From a virus: DNA of 64,000 bases. Position 1 is the stretch's first letter, and every line of letters begins with the position of its first letter. Shown in pieces: positions 61,107 through 64,000 of the stretch. The translations under genes were made by a program, and so were the position numbers. Location of the stretch: positions 21,055-85,054 of the IMG/VR virus record IMGVR_UViG_3300028590_000009; one strand, given 5' to 3'. The notes under the pieces were generated by a model, which was given only the letters and a program-made list of their open reading frames with translations, searched no databases and had not been told where the DNA came from.

Positions 61107-62302
61107 GCCTCGCCGACGATGTCGACGCGTTGACCGTCTCTGAGCCCGTCAACAAGGGCTCAATCGATGTCACCAGCGATGGCGCTACCGTCAACAACGT
61201 CGTCGTCGACGAACCGATCGACAGCGACTGGTCACGCGTATTCGCGCTGTTCCGCCTCGACGCCGAGCAGTTCGAGGTTGTCGACGAGACCGTGCGCTGC
61301 TCCACATGGCAGCAGTCGCGCGGCCTCGATGACGGAACCCGCGATGTCATCCAGCTGTACGCCTACAGTGCCCGCTTCAAACGCAAGCCGAAGCAGCGGA
61401 TCCCCGATGACGAGATCGCCGAACGGCAACGCCTCGTGCGCGAATGGACGCTACCGGTCGCTCCCGGCGCTTCTTCGAACTGGAAGCCCGAAGTTGCCGC
61501 GGTCATCAATCTCGCGGACGTGCAAGGCGGAAAGAGTGAGGGCGGAGGGGTAGCGGCCACGCAACAGCGGCTCCTCGACGGCCTCACCAACGTGCATCTC
61601 TGGCTGGAACGCCAACGCGAAACCTACAACGTCTCCGAAATCGTGCTCGTCAACAACGGCGACCCGATGGAAGGCTGCGACGGGTCATATTCTTCGCAAC
61701 TTTTCACGGTCGAACTGAACACGCGCGGGCAAATGAACTTCGTACTCGACATGTGGGAGCTTTACGCACGCGAACTGTTCCCGCAGTTCAAACGCGCCCA
61801 ATTCGTGTCCGTGCTCTGTAATCACGGCCAGTTGGGCCGCCAGAACGGGCGCGACAACAAGACATCCGATTCGGACAACGCCGGCGGATTCCTCGCCGAG
61901 ACACTGAAGCGGATCCTTGCCGCACGAACCGAGTTCGATCACGTCACCTGGACCATCCCGCACGACGAAATGAACGTCTACACCACCGTTTCCGGTGTGC
62001 CGATGGCGTTCAATCATGGGCACAAGGTTCCCGGCCGTGACGCGACAGGGTTCGAAAAATGGCTCAACGGCCAAGTCCGCGGCGACCACCACGCACACAC
62101 CGCCCGCATCTGGCAGACCGCACACCGCCACCACTTCGCCTGCTGGGACATGGGTTCCTGCACAGTCTTCCAAGCGCCGAGCCTGGACGGCGGCAGTAAA
62201 TGGCTGCGCGACCTGACCGGACGATACTCCCGCTCCGGGATCCTGACCTACCTCGTGGGTGAACACTCCCCACTCGGCTGGTCGGACCTGGCATTCCTTT
62301 AA
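61103..62302 (+). CDS. Metallophosphoesterase-fold protein
   Basis: ADVQ.GK, GDPMEG, CNH, HGH, AHRHH, PSLDGGS.W. Confidence 0.8.
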   Translation: MSLADDVDALTVSEPVNKGSIDVTSDGATVNNVVVDEPIDSDWSRVFALFRLDAEQFEVVDETVRCSTWQQSRGLDDGTRDVIQLYAYSARFKRKPKQRIPDDEIAERQRLVREWTLPVAPGASSNWKPEVAAVINLADVQGGKSEGGGVAATQQRLLDGLTNVHLWLERQRETYNVSEIVLVNNGDPMEGCDGSYSSQLFTVELNTRGQMNFVLDMWELYARELFPQFKRAQFVSVLCNHGQLGRQNGRDNKTSDSDNAGGFLAETLKRILAARTEFDHVTWTIPHDEMNVYTTVSGVPMAFNHGHKVPGRDATGFEKWLNGQVRGDHHAHTARIWQTAHRHHFACWDMGSCTVFQAPSLDGGSKWLRDLTGRYSRSGILTYLVGEHSPLGWSDLAFL

Positions 62303-62353
62303 CTCGATAACGCCCCTTGTGCGTTGTCGCACAAGCTCACAGGGGGCTGCTCC

Positions 62354-63982
62354 ATGCCGATGCCTGAGTTTTCAGGAAAATTCCCCGGCGCCCCTTGGGA
62401 TGTCGCTGCTGACGCTTACCACATCTTCAACAGTTGGTACAGCGGAGACGTCGACGCTCTCGAAGAGATTTACGCCCATCAGCATTCGCAAGCCCCGGCA
62501 TCACGCCCGAGTCAGTGGCGTGGAGGCGTGGTCGGCGCACTCAGCCGCATGTGGTTTGGGAAACCGCTGACCCAAGACCAAAAGCGCCTGCACATCCCCG
62601 CCGCCGCTGGCATCGCCACCACGTCCGCCGACCTCCTGTTCGGGCAGCCGCCGAGCTGGCTGTTCAGCGAAGGCGACGCGGCAGACCTTGAAGGCGCGCA
62701 AGCCCGCCTGAGCGAACTGCTAGACGGCGCGGACACTTTGACGACGTTCCTGAAAGCCGCGGAGATCCAAGCATCCTTGGGTGGGGTCTATCTGCGACTG
62801 ACCTGGGATCAAGCAGTCGCGAAGAAGATCATGATGGACGCCGTGGCCCCCGATGCGGCCATCCCCCAATGGCGATACGGCAGATTGACCGCAGTCACGT
62901 TCTGGACGTTCGTCGGCAAGGACAAACGCGGCACCTGGCGCCACCTGGAGCATCACGAGCCTGGTCGAATCGAGCACGCCCTCTATTGCGGCGATGACGG
63001 TTCGATCGGCCGGAAGATGGGACTTGGCGACCGCCCCGAAACTACGTGGGCCGCCGAGTTGGTTGACGATCAGTCTTCGATCGCGACGAACATCGACCGA
63101 CTGACGGCCTGCTACATCCCGAACGTGCAGCCCGCTCGACGCTGGCGCAATATCCCGCAGCTTTCCCCGCTCGGCCGCTCGGATTTCGAAGGCATCGAGC
63201 CCCTATTCGATGCACTCGATGAGGCTTGGTCGTCGTGGATGCGAGACCTCGAACTCGCGAAGGCCAGATTGTTCGTCTCGCAGGAGGCCCTGGAGGATCA
63301 AGGCCCCGGACTCGGTGCCACGTTCGATCCTGAACAGCAGATTTTCACGGGCGTTCCCGATGACGGCGGCACAGCATACGACGCAGCCGCGGGCATCAGG
63401 CAACTCGTCCAAGCCCAGCAGTTCGAGATCCGCGTGAAAGAGCACGCTGAGACGTGCGAGCGGCTGCTGAAGGAAATCCTTCGCGCGGCAGGCTATTCCG
63501 CAGGCGACTTCGATGACGGCGACGCTGCTGCGATCACTGCGACCGAGGTATCGGCCCGCAAGGATAAGAGCAACCTCACACGTGCGAAAAAAATTCTACT
63601 GTGGCAGGCAGAAGCTAGCGAACTCGCATTTACGGCCATGTTGCTAGACGCGAAGGTGAATGGCGGATCGGACTTCGGGATCACGAAGGCCCCGGAGATG
63701 AAGTTCCCAGTTCGCGCCGACCAAGATCCTGTCCAACTCTCGACCGCTATCTCGAATCTGCGTCTCGCGAAGGCGATTTCGACTCCTGAATCGGTGCGCA
63801 TGTTCCATCCGAACTGGAGCAATGATGAAGTCGATGACGAGGTCGCGTTGATCGAGAAGGAAGCCAAGGCGGAAGCTGAGGCGCAACAGCCGGTCATGCT
63901 CGACACTCCTGGCGATTTCGTAGGCGGAAAGCCTGCCGCTGAGGATCCAGCCGAGGATGACCCGTTCGCCAAGGCTGCCTGA
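62354..63982 (+). CDS. Portal protein
   Basis: SADLLFG.PP, LGRSDFEG..LFDALDE.WS.W.RD.EL, TATEV; position after terminase. Confidence 0.88.
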   Translation: MPMPEFSGKFPGAPWDVAADAYHIFNSWYSGDVDALEEIYAHQHSQAPASRPSQWRGGVVGALSRMWFGKPLTQDQKRLHIPAAAGIATTSADLLFGQPPSWLFSEGDAADLEGAQARLSELLDGADTLTTFLKAAEIQASLGGVYLRLTWDQAVAKKIMMDAVAPDAAIPQWRYGRLTAVTFWTFVGKDKRGTWRHLEHHEPGRIEHALYCGDDGSIGRKMGLGDRPETTWAAELVDDQSSIATNIDRLTACYIPNVQPARRWRNIPQLSPLGRSDFEGIEPLFDALDEAWSSWMRDLELAKARLFVSQEALEDQGPGLGATFDPEQQIFTGVPDDGGTAYDAAAGIRQLVQAQQFEIRVKEHAETCERLLKEILRAAGYSAGDFDDGDAAAITATEVSARKDKSNLTRAKKILLWQAEASELAFTAMLLDAKVNGGSDFGITKAPEMKFPVRADQDPVQLSTAISNLRLAKAISTPESVRMFHPNWSNDEVDDEVALIEKEAKAEAEAQQPVMLDTPGDFVGGKPAAEDPAEDDPFAKAA

Positions 63983-64000
63983 GGCCGCTCACCCCCACTT

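Overview
This window is GC-rich actinobacterial temperate phage DNA. The host is probably Nocardia or a relative, inferred from host-type XRE/DUF5753-DUF397 and MarR cassettes. Gene order is: end of the tail module; accessory genes (RtcB, DUF2510/DUF4352 membrane pair, XRE-DUF397); xis, tyrosine integrase and an apparently intact attP; repressor; RecE/RecT, DnaQ-like exonuclease, HNH and a replication initiator with an internal origin; a C5 methyltransferase with an overprinted second ORF; about 25 kb of small translationally coupled genes (WhiB, RusA, an intein-containing nucleotidyltransferase, MazG-like, metallophosphoesterase); a ~1.4 kb non-coding RNA island; cutinase-like and NrdH genes; terminase small and large (mini-intein); portal. 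The most notable element is the RNA island (~52975-54335). It holds three tRNA-like elements with Asn-type acceptor ends and missing or aberrant anticodon arms, a ~530-nt densely paired RNA ending in a predicted pseudoknot (GOLLD/ROOL-like context), an initiator tRNA-Met and a second structured block. Other highlights are an intergenic duplicate of the replication origin, an orphan HicB-domain fusion, and two families of repeated intergenic motifs. All calls come from reading motifs by eye; no searches were run.
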